From positions 4,306 through 68,305 of the forward strand of contig CAWBDD010000025.1 of the NCBI GenBank assembly GCA_963787465.1: DNA of 64,000 nucleotides. The letters are read 5' to 3'. Position numbers and translations under genes: made by a program. Under the pieces are notes generated by a model, which saw only the letters and a list, made by a program, of their open reading frames with translations, was not told where the DNA came from and made no database searches. The number at the start of each line of letters is the position of its first letter. The stretch's first letter is position 1. Source of the stretch: an uncultured Thermoplasmata archaeon (lineage in GTDB: Archaea; Thermoplasmatota; Thermoplasmata; UBA10834). Positions 55,823 through 64,000 of the stretch are shown in pieces.

Positions 55823-56992
55823 ATGAAAGGGGAATCAAGAAGGGGACTAGCTAGTGCGGTAGCCGTCGCGTGTCTGGTTCTGCCCGCGTTCTTCATGGTT
55901 GGTGCCTCGAAGAACGTCTCGGCCGAGACGACCGCGACATGGACCATCGGTCTGTACATCGATGCGGACAACGACTTCGACACATACTGGGAAGGACTCA
56001 GCCTGATCTATCTGAAGAACATCCCTGAGAGTGCCCAGGTCAACATAGTTGCGTTCGTTGACAGGGAGAGCTATCCAGGGACGGAACTCTGGGAGATAGA
56101 AGGGAGCACCGCCCAGATCGTCGAGACCTTCCCTGAGATGAACTTCGGTGACGGGGCGACCCTCAGCTGGATGATAAGCCAGACCGCGACACGCTACCCG
56201 GCGGAGCACCTGCTGATAGGCGCCTGGGACCACGGCAGCGCGTGGAACGGCTTCTGCGGGGACTACACCTCGGACGACTGGATGTACCTTGACGAGCTCA
56301 GATCGGCGATAACGACCGCGGGTGTGCACATAGACATCCTGTCGTTCGACTGCTGCTCGATGGCGAGCATCGAGACCCTGTACGCGGTGTCCCTGACCGG
56401 GCTGGTGGACATAGTGGTCGCGTCACTCGAGACTGTGGCGGGAGACGGCTTCCCGTACGACTTCATGTTCACGCCCGTCGCCCTGGACCCACTGAGGACG
56501 CCTGACCAGGTGGCGAGCGACATGATAGACGGGTGGGCCCAGTACTACGACCCGAGGCCCGAGTACTACTACGCGACCCTGAGCGCTGTCAGCATCAGCA
56601 GTCTCGCGCAGTCCATGACCACGATCGATGCGTGGTGCGACGCCATACATGCGAACCTTGGCGCATACTACCGCGCGTACAAGACGGTCATCCGCGACAC
56701 CTACTCGGTCTTCTGGACCAAGTACCAGGTGGACATGGTCGACCTCGGGAACGTCCTGCTCGCGAACACGAAGATCACGAACCCGGCCCTCAGGGCGTTG
56801 ACCCAGAGCATGATCGCCGCAGTGGAGAACGCGGTCCTGTACCTGGACAACACTGACAGCACGATGATGTGCGGCGGGCTCACCCTCTGGTGGGGGACCG
56901 ACTGGGAATGGAGCTCGTGGTCCTACGTGTATGCTGGCCTGGACTTCGCCGTAGACACGGGATGGTACGATTTCCTGGTGGACTTCAACTAA
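55823..56992 (+). CDS. Clostripain (C11) family cysteine peptidase, secreted
   Basis: WTIGLYIDADND; WDHG and FDCC dyad motifs; signal peptide. Confidence 0.88.
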   Translation: MKGESRRGLASAVAVACLVLPAFFMVGASKNVSAETTATWTIGLYIDADNDFDTYWEGLSLIYLKNIPESAQVNIVAFVDRESYPGTELWEIEGSTAQIVETFPEMNFGDGATLSWMISQTATRYPAEHLLIGAWDHGSAWNGFCGDYTSDDWMYLDELRSAITTAGVHIDILSFDCCSMASIETLYAVSLTGLVDIVVASLETVAGDGFPYDFMFTPVALDPLRTPDQVASDMIDGWAQYYDPRPEYYYATLSAVSISSLAQSMTTIDAWCDAIHANLGAYYRAYKTVIRDTYSVFWTKYQVDMVDLGNVLLANTKITNPALRALTQSMIAAVENAVLYLDNTDSTMMCGGLTLWWGTDWEWSSWSYVYAGLDFAVDTGWYDFLVDFN

Positions 56993-57015
56993 GAGCGCAA
57001 ACCCCAGCACTTCAC

Positions 57016-57050
57016 GGGGGGCAGCCCCCTCCCAATCATTTTTTCTGTCT
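57016..57050 (+). terminator. Short hairpin plus T-run after the clostripain gene
   Basis: GGGGG-GCAG-CCCCC followed by TTTTTT. Confidence 0.55.
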
Positions 57051-57224
57051 CTTGATTCGGCCCGTTCATCCTGTGGGGCAGGCCCACTTCGACTTACGAG
57101 CAGGAAGCGAATGAGCCACACGTTGCAGGGTAGTCCCTGATTGATTCGGTTGATATACGGAGAACACCATTCAGGGGCTGCGGGGACATCGCGCGGGCGA
57201 GTCACTGCAGGGGAAAGATTGGGC

Positions 57225-58385
57225 ATGATGAAGAGATGGAACTATGTTTTGAGCATGGCAGTGGTGGCGGTCCTGCTGGTGCCAGGCATGTTGCTGTTGG
57301 CACCGACAAGCAGGGCGGAAACGACGGCGTCGTGGACGTTCGCGATCTACGTCGCGGGGGACAACTCCCTCGAGAACTACTGGGATTCGACAACCCTACC
57401 GTTCTTGCAGGCTGTCCCGGCCAGTGACCAGGTGAACTTGGTCGCCATGGTAGACCTGAAGGGGACTTCCACAATTGAAATAGTGAAGGTCTCCGGAACG
57501 ACTGTGACGACGGTGGAGACCTATGGTGAGATGGACACCGGGAACCCGGCGACTCTCACATGGTGGATCGACCGCGCAACGACCCTCTGGCCGTCCACCT
57601 ACTTCGGGCTCATGCTGTGGGACCACGGCTACGGATGGCACTACATCTGCTCGGACGATACGTCCGCGAGCTCCATAGACATGCCGGAACTGCAGGGTGC
57701 AATCGCGAACGCGGGGAACATGATCAACGTCCTCGAGCTCGACGCGTGCAACATGGCGATGGTTGAGGTGGCGTACCAGGTGTCGCTGACGAACCTCGTT
57801 CAGTACATGGTGGCCTCCGAGGAGTACATGGCTGGAGACGGCCTCCCGCTGACCGCGGCTCTGACCCCGCTCGTGAACAACCCGTCGATGCTTCCCAGGG
57901 ACCTGTCCATCGTGATGGTAGACGCATACGGGGCTGCCTACACCAACACCAACGGCGGTAAGATGACTCTCTCGTCCATCGATGTCCCGCAGCTGAAGGC
58001 AACCATCGGCACGTTCACGACATGGACGGCGAGGATGTCGTACCTGCTGCCTACCTACAAGACATACTACGCTGCAGCGGTGAAAGCGACGCACTACATG
58101 ACCGCGTATCCCAGTTTCCTTGACCTCTACGATCTGGGATACCATCTGCTGGGCACGAAGGGAGTGACTGACACCACGCTAAGGACGGCGACGGCGAACA
58201 TGCAGTCGGCACTGCAGTCGTACATGGTCAAGGTCTGGGGCGGACCGAAGATGACGGACTGCAAGGGGATCTCGTTCTACTGGGCGACCTACAACGACTG
58301 GTACTACGACGAGACAGCCTACAGGCAGACTGCCTTCGCGGCGGACACCGGATGGGGCAACTTCCTCGATGCGTACAACGTGTAG
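57225..58385 (+). CDS. Clostripain (C11) family cysteine peptidase, tandem paralog
   Basis: WTFAIYVAGDNSLE; WDHG and LDAC; FA.DTGW..FL C-terminus shared with the neighbour. Confidence 0.9.
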   Translation: MMKRWNYVLSMAVVAVLLVPGMLLLAPTSRAETTASWTFAIYVAGDNSLENYWDSTTLPFLQAVPASDQVNLVAMVDLKGTSTIEIVKVSGTTVTTVETYGEMDTGNPATLTWWIDRATTLWPSTYFGLMLWDHGYGWHYICSDDTSASSIDMPELQGAIANAGNMINVLELDACNMAMVEVAYQVSLTNLVQYMVASEEYMAGDGLPLTAALTPLVNNPSMLPRDLSIVMVDAYGAAYTNTNGGKMTLSSIDVPQLKATIGTFTTWTARMSYLLPTYKTYYAAAVKATHYMTAYPSFLDLYDLGYHLLGTKGVTDTTLRTATANMQSALQSYMVKVWGGPKMTDCKGISFYWATYNDWYYDETAYRQTAFAADTGWGNFLDAYNV

Positions 58386-58405
58386 ATGTCAAACCCATAC
58401 AACGC

Positions 58406-58450
58406 TGGAGAGGTGGCAATTCGCCCCCTCTCCATTCATTTCTATCCCTT
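58406..58450 (+). terminator. Hairpin plus pyrimidine tract
   Basis: TGGAGAGGTGGC-AATTC-GCCCCCTCTCCA followed by TTCATTTCT. Confidence 0.55.
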
Positions 58451-58594
58451 GGATTCGTACGTACTCAGCGACTACTGCCCTCCATGCACAGTGAACCGGG
58501 AACTTGAGCGGGCTCGCGCCGACTGAACATGGTCGTGGCATGCGTCCGCTCAGGATATGCGCAGATTACTGACCAAGTGTCCTGATTCCCGGAC

Positions 58595-59353
58595 TCATAT
58601 CGTGACCGAGAGTGTCACGTTGCCGCCTGGGTCCACGGACGATATCCCTTCGTATGCGATTTCGTATGTCGAGTGCACGACGACGTGGCAGTCGTATGGT
58701 CCGAGCGGGTCCGATTCCAAGACGACGTAGACAGGAATCGTCAGATTGAGTGAGGATAGCGCCCCAAGACGACCCGAGACCTCCGTGCATTGACCGACCT
58801 GAACGTAGTAGTCAGTGAAGTCGTCGCCGTCGTTGTACAGGCTCAGCTCCACCGTGCCAACCTGGACTGGGTCGAACAGGTCCAGCATGTTGGGATGCAC
58901 GCAGTACACGTCCCAATCTCTGGTCGCGTCCTCGCCTTGGTATGTGTGGATGCGGCATTCCATGGCGTAGTGGCTGTCGGAGACCATGGCAAAATCGAAG
59001 AGATCGTAGAACATGTGGTCGACGTCTCCCCCTGTCAAATATCCACTCGCGTACACTCTGACCCCTATCTTGACATTCGAGGATACGTCGTTCCTCCATC
59101 CGTAGGCCAGCGTGATCACTACTGAATCACCCGGGTCGACATATCCCACCTCGGAATCAAGTTCCTCTCCGAGTGAGGACTGCATTATGAATTTGCAGAA
59201 GCACGTGTCCGCGTCTTCTGGTCCCTCGTGATAGAATGAGCACGTGACGGTGGCTCCGTGGGAGTTTTCGAGCCATCCTGCGGCAAGCACAGCGACCGCA
59301 ACAATGATTGCACCGGTCGCGGCAGCGGCGATGATCTGCAGTCTGCTGTTCAT
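58595..59353 (-). CDS. Membrane-anchored beta-rich hypothetical protein
   Basis: N-terminal TM; two VDPG(D/G).V.(I/L) motifs suggest Ig-like domains. Confidence 0.6.
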   Translation of the reverse strand: MNSRLQIIAAAATGAIIVAVAVLAAGWLENSHGATVTCSFYHEGPEDADTCFCKFIMQSSLGEELDSEVGYVDPGDSVVITLAYGWRNDVSSNVKIGVRVYASGYLTGGDVDHMFYDLFDFAMVSDSHYAMECRIHTYQGEDATRDWDVYCVHPNMLDLFDPVQVGTVELSLYNDGDDFTDYYVQVGQCTEVSGRLGALSSLNLTIPVYVVLESDPLGPYDCHVVVHSTYEIAYEGISSVDPGGNVTLSVTI

Positions 59354-59424
59354 TTCCTCAACATTCGTAGGGGAACGCCAGCCGCGTAATAACATTACCG
59401 GCTGGACCCCTGTGAAAAGTGGAG

Positions 59425-59498
59425 CGGGCCCGGTGGGATTCGAACCCACGTCATCGGCTTCGAAGGCCAAGAGGATGTCCTAGCTACCCCACGGACCC
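59425..59498 (-). tRNA. tRNA-Arg (anticodon UCG), intronless
   Basis: Acceptor stem GGGTCCG/CGGGCCC; anticodon arm TTGGC-CTTCGAA-GCCGA; T arm GTGGG-TTCGAAT-CCCAC. Confidence 0.96.
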
Positions 59499-59545
59499 TG
59501 ACTGGTGATTGGACGGACGGATAATATGCTTTCCATGCACTGGTT

Positions 59546-59650
59546 TCAGTGCCGATGGATGATGAGCCTCAGCAGGACGTATATCACTATGAACAGCACG
59601 ATCGCGAGGCCTAACAGGCCCCACTGGTCTTCCAGAGCGAACCCGGCCAT
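59546..59650 (-). CDS. 34-aa single-TM microprotein (MAGFALEDQWGLLGLAIVLFIVIYVLLRLIIHRH)
   Basis: Clean hydrophobic helix with a basic tail; TTAAAT about 30 nt upstream. Confidence 0.55.
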   Translation of the reverse strand: MAGFALEDQWGLLGLAIVLFIVIYVLLRLIIHRH

Positions 59651-59680
59651 GGCGTAGCATGAATCGACCTCCGGCTGGAT

Positions 59681-60190
59681 TTAACTTGGCCCATTCCCAG
59701 CCTTCAATCGCGCCCTCACATGCGGAACCAGCCCGCCGCTGTCCAGTATCTCCCTCGCCCTCGCAGGAATCGGTTCGAGCTTCGCCTTCTGGCCCCCACC
59801 CGCCTTCGTCATCACCCCGCCCGACGTGTCCACCGTGGCGCGGTCGCCATCGGAGAACATGCCCACCGCATCAGGAGAGATGACCACTGGAAGGCCGAGG
59901 TTGATCGCGTTCCTGTAGAATATCCTGGCGAACGACCGCGCGACGACGGCCGACACGCCCGCCTCCTTCAGCGCGATGACCGCCTGCTCGCGGCTGGATC
60001 CGCATCCGAAGTTCCTGCCCGCGACGAGCAGGTCCCCCTTCCTCACCTGCTTCGCGAAGTCCCTGTTGACGCCCTCCATGGCGTGGGCAGCGAGGTGCTT
60101 CGCATCGTACCTGTCGAGGTACCTCCCAGGGATGATCAGGTCCGTGTTGACGTCGTCCCCGAAAAGCCAGACCCGGCCCTCAGAGCTCAA
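59681..60190 (-). CDS. leuD: Isopropylmalate/homoaconitate dehydratase small subunit
   Basis: GDDVNTDLIIPGRY, NFGCGSSREQA and SFARIFYRN. Confidence 0.9.
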   Translation of the reverse strand: MSSEGRVWLFGDDVNTDLIIPGRYLDRYDAKHLAAHAMEGVNRDFAKQVRKGDLLVAGRNFGCGSSREQAVIALKEAGVSAVVARSFARIFYRNAINLGLPVVISPDAVGMFSDGDRATVDTSGGVMTKAGGGQKAKLEPIPARAREILDSGGLVPHVRARLKAGNGPS

Positions 60191-61451
60191 ACGTCAGCAC
60201 CTCCCTTGGATCGGATATCTCCCCGGTGACCGCGCTGGCAGCGACGGTCGCCGGGCTGGCGATGTAGACCTCCGCCTCGTCGGAGCCCATCCTGCCCTTG
60301 AAGTTCCTGTTGCTCGAGGATATGCAGACCTCGCCAGGCGCGAGGACGCCGCCGTGGGCTCCCAGGCACGGACCGCATCCTGGCGGGAGGATGGTCCCGC
60401 CGGCTGAGAGTATCGTCTGGATGACCCCCATGTTCATGGCATCCTCCATGACCTCGCGGGACGCCGGTGCGACCAGGAGCCTGCACCAGGGAGCGACCTT
60501 CTTCCCCTTCACGACCCAGGACACGGCCACAAGGTCCTCGAGGCGCCCGTTCGTGCAAGTGCCTATGAAGGCCTGGTCGATCCTCTTGCCGCGCAGCTTC
60601 TCGACGCTCAACGCACGCTCGATCCTGTCCGGTCCGGAGACGAGGGGTGGGATCGACGACACCTCGAGTTCGACCTTCTTGGAGAAGTCCGCATCCTTGT
60701 CGGACCGAACCGGGCCGCATTCCGGTGGGACGCAGCCAGCGTAGTAGACGAGGGCTATGGAATCCGCGGGGACGATGGCGGCCTTGGCGCCCATCTCTGC
60801 GGCCATGTTGCACAGCACCATCCGTCCGGCGAGGGACGTGTCCAGCATGTGCATGCCCGTGAACTCGACGCATGAATAATCGGCCCCAGAGGGGCCGAAC
60901 TCAGCGGCCAGGTGGAGCGCGATGTCCTTGACGAAGCAGCCCGGCTGGAGATGACCCTCGATCCGGATCTGGATCGTCTCAGGGACGCGCATCCAGAGCG
61001 CGCCAGTGGCCCATATCCCGGCCATCTCGGTGGCGCCGATCCCGGCGCCGAACGCCCCGACCGCGCCCGCCGTCGTCGTATGCGAGTCGCTGCCGAGGAC
61101 GAGATGGCCAGGCATCGCGAGCTTCTTCTCGACCATCAGCTGGTGGCAGACCCCCTCGCCGACGTCGTACAGCTTCTTGACACCATACTCCTTGGCGAGC
61201 TGGCGTATCTTGGCGTGGACCACCGCGGTCTCCACGGTGTTCGCCGGCCCCCTGTGGTCCAGCACCATGACCATGCGGTCAGGGTCCCAGGGCCTCGTCC
61301 CGCCCATCTCGACGAACGCCTTGTTCACAAGGAACGTGTTCTCGTGGGACATCACGAGGTCCGGCCTCGCCTCGATCACTTCGCCCGCCCTCGCGTCCGG
61401 CATCCCGGCTGCACGGGACAGTATCTTCTCGGCTATCGTCCTTCCAGCCAC
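60180..61451 (-). CDS. leuC: Isopropylmalate/homoaconitate dehydratase large subunit
   Basis: DSHT, IGTCTNGR, CGPCLG and NRNF.GRMG. LeuC versus HacA cannot be resolved by eye. Confidence 0.9.
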   Translation of the reverse strand: MAGRTIAEKILSRAAGMPDARAGEVIEARPDLVMSHENTFLVNKAFVEMGGTRPWDPDRMVMVLDHRGPANTVETAVVHAKIRQLAKEYGVKKLYDVGEGVCHQLMVEKKLAMPGHLVLGSDSHTTTAGAVGAFGAGIGATEMAGIWATGALWMRVPETIQIRIEGHLQPGCFVKDIALHLAAEFGPSGADYSCVEFTGMHMLDTSLAGRMVLCNMAAEMGAKAAIVPADSIALVYYAGCVPPECGPVRSDKDADFSKKVELEVSSIPPLVSGPDRIERALSVEKLRGKRIDQAFIGTCTNGRLEDLVAVSWVVKGKKVAPWCRLLVAPASREVMEDAMNMGVIQTILSAGGTILPPGCGPCLGAHGGVLAPGEVCISSSNRNFKGRMGSDEAEVYIASPATVAASAVTGEISDPREVLTFEL

Positions 61452-61607
61452 GCCACGGAGAACCTCCCAGGCTTATTTCAAGATAGCGCGTGCACGGACC
61501 GTCCCGAGGGCGTTGGTACTCAACTGACGGTAGATGAACTGAAGGGCAATCCATTTCCCGATAGGTCGAAAAGCTATTTCCATACAGGAGCTAATCCACG
61601 GCATGCC

Positions 61608-63453
61608 ATGGACAAGATCCTCAGCGCTCAGCCGGGCTCGAAGGTGCTGCTACTCGGGAACGAGGCCATCGTCAGAGCATGCCTTGAGTCGGGCGTGTCC
61701 GTGGCCACGACATACCCAGGGACCCCCGCGTCGGAGATAGGGGACAACCTCGCACGCGTCGCCAAGGACGCTGGCTTCTACTTCGAGTACTCGGTCAACG
61801 AGATGGTCGCTGCCGAGGTCGCCATGGGCGCGGCTGCCTCAGGCGTCCGGGCGATCGTCAGCATGAAGCACGTCGGGGTCAACGTCGCCGCCGACGCGCT
61901 CCTCACGTTCGCGTACACGGGCACGCGTGGCGGGTTCGTCCTCGTCACCGCCGACGACCCGTCGTGTCACTCCAGCCAGAACGAGCAGGACAACAGGTAC
62001 TACGCCCTGCTCGGCAACCTGCCGCTCCTCGAACCCTCCGACCCGCAGGAGTGCTACGAGATGACCAAGAAGGCGTTCGAGCTCTCGGAGGCGCTCGAGC
62101 TCCCAGTCATCCTCAGGACCACGACCAGGATATCGCACGCGCGCGGGCCCGTCACTGTGGGGCAGGTCGTCAAGGGACCGGAGAAGAAGGAGTTCGTGAA
62201 GGACCCGAAGAGGTTCGTCACGGTCCCCGCGGTCGCGAGGATGCGCCACATCTGGCTCCTGGACCAGATGAAGCTGGCGGAGCAGCGGTCCGAGGGGTCT
62301 GAGTTCAACAGGGTCATCGGGATCGGAGGCGGGGGGAAGCTTGGGATAATCACATCATCCGCCGGCGCGAGCTACGCCGTCGACGCCGCGAAGGAGCTCG
62401 GCCTGCAGGCCGACGTGCTCAAGCTCGGGTTCTCGCACCCCGTGCCATCCAAGATGCTCGCCGATTTCCTCACGGCGCACCCGACCGTCGCCGTCGTCGA
62501 GGAGCTCGAACCCATACTGGAGATGCAGGCGCGCGCGCTCGCGCAACGGATGAGCATACCGGTGAAGGTCGTCGGCAAGGCCGACGGCGTGTTCCCGTAC
62601 CACCATGAGTACGACCAGGCATTGGTGGCGACAGGACTGGCGAAGGCCTTCGGACTGAATGCACCCGAACCCATCAAGGGACCCGACACAGGCGACCTGC
62701 CTGTGAGGCCTCCTGTACTCTGCGCGGGCTGCCCGCACAGCGCGACCTATTTCGCTGTCAACAAGGCCACCAACAAGAAGGTCATCTACGCCTCGGACAT
62801 CGGCTGCTACACGCTCGGGGTCGCCCCGCCGTACAACGCGGCCGACTTCCTCGTGTGCATGGGCTCGAGTGTCGGCAGCGCGGGCGGACTGGCCAAGGTC
62901 AACGACCTCCCGGTGATCGCGTTCATGGGGGACTCGACCTTCTTCCACGCAGGCGTCCCTGGCCTGATCAACGCCGTGCACCATGGGCACAGGTTCCTCC
63001 TCATGATCCTCGACAACCGGACCACCGCCATGACGGGACATCAGCCACACCCAGGCTCGCTCAAGGACCCGAGCGGGGCGGAGGTGACCGCGGTGTCCAT
63101 CGAGGACTGTGGTCAGGGGCTGCGGCGTGAAGTGGCTCAAGGTCGTCGACCCTTACGAGGTCAAGGCGACGACCGAGGCCGTGAAGGAGGCGCTCTCGCA
63201 CCCGGGCGTCTCCGTGATAATAGCCAGGCGTGAGTGCGCGCTCATCGCCCCCAGGGACGAGAAGGGCGCGATCGCGAGGAAACACCGCATCGACCAGGAG
63301 GCGTGCAAGAAGTGCAGGACATGCGTCGACAGGTTCCAGTGCCCCGCTATCTCGAGCCAGGACAAGGTCCAGACGATTGATGAGGCGCTCTGCGCGGGAT
63401 GCGGCGTCTGCGCCCAGGTCTGCCCCTACAAGGCGATCAAGGAGGTGCAGTGA
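61608..63453 (+). CDS. iorA: Indolepyruvate:ferredoxin oxidoreductase alpha subunit (extra T near 63108)
   Basis: LLGNEAI, YPGTPASE, CAGCPH and GDSTFFHAG; the C-terminal 2x[4Fe-4S] ferredoxin domain continues in the 63109 frame. Confidence 0.93.
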
Positions 63454-64000
63454 TGGTCGACGTCTACCTCGTCGGCGTGGGCGGCCAGGGCATCATCACG
63501 GCCTCGAAGGTCATAGGGGAGGCGGCGGTCATCGCTGGCCAGAACGTTCTCCTGAGCGAGACCCACGGGATGGCCCAGCGGGGCGGGTCCGTCGTGTGCA
63601 CTGCCAGGATAGGGGACTTCTCGAGCCCGCTGATCCCGGACGGGAAGGCGGACTTCATCTTGTCGCTGGAGCTGCTCGAGACCCTCAGGGCACTCCCGAA
63701 GGCGTCGCCGAGCACCGTGGTGCTCGCGTCCAAGGAGAGGATGGTCCCTCAGAGCGTGTCGACCCAGAAGCTGAAGTACCCCACCGAGGACGAGGTGCGC
63801 GCGAGGTTCGCGGGCGCCTCCAAGAGGTTCGTAGCGGTGGACGCGAGGAGGGTCGCCGAGGAGGCCGGCGTCCCGATGTCCTCGAACATAGTCATGGTCG
63901 GGGCGCTCGCCGGCTGCGGCGTGACGGGGCTGTCCAGGGAGCACTTTGAGAAGGCCATCGAGGCGGGCATCTCGAGGCGGACGAAGGAGAACCTGGTCGC
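63453..64000 (+). CDS. iorB: Indolepyruvate:ferredoxin oxidoreductase beta subunit, truncated by the window edge
   Basis: MVDVYLVGVGGQGII...SETHGMAQRGGSV; start overlaps the iorA stop. Confidence 0.93.
   Translation, partial: MVDVYLVGVGGQGIITASKVIGEAAVIAGQNVLLSETHGMAQRGGSVVCTARIGDFSSPLIPDGKADFILSLELLETLRALPKASPSTVVLASKERMVPQSVSTQKLKYPTEDEVRARFAGASKRFVAVDARRVAEEAGVPMSSNIVMVGALAGCGVTGLSREHFEKAIEAGISRRTKENLV

Noticed and set aside
59354-59470. Upstream extension of the 58595 ORF to 59470
   Set aside because: It overlaps the tRNA-Arg gene; the ATG at 59353 before the TM segment is the more plausible start.
54840-59500. Intact provirus or integrative element at tRNA-Arg
   Set aside because: No integrase, replication or capsid genes, and no att duplication seen.
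23360-63120. Programmed frameshifting or pseudogenes in serA (about 23372, 23458, 23497), DUF2085 (about 40496), the class III aminotransferase (about 43828, 43880) and iorA (63108)
   Set aside because: Scattered, mostly single-base insertions with no slippery heptamers, in otherwise intact conserved genes. Consensus error is the simplest explanation; reads are needed to confirm.

Overview
GC-rich archaeal chromosomal segment, probably Thermoplasmatota (inferred from rpoK-rps2-MEMO1 synteny, archaeal RPA pair, PurP, Nep1, Trm112, DUF835/KaiC-like proteins, IorAB and TATA-type promoters). It holds about 65 genes and one tRNA-Arg(UCG); I see no CRISPR, rRNA, transposase or integrase. Main content: many secreted or surface proteins (archaeosortase, S8 protease, four clostripain-family proteases, Kelch protein, Asp-rich protein, large Ig/MG-repeat glycoprotein), nucleotide-sugar genes, a tungstate ABC transporter facing a molybdopterin/W-cofactor operon, and amino-acid metabolism genes. 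The best novel-system candidate is a tusA-dsrE-iscS operon, preceded by a LarC N-terminal-domain gene, in which the IscS lacks the PLP Schiff-base lysine (SSNDMYGPKG). Five genes carry small indels that look like assembly errors. All calls come from motif recognition by eye; no database searches were run.
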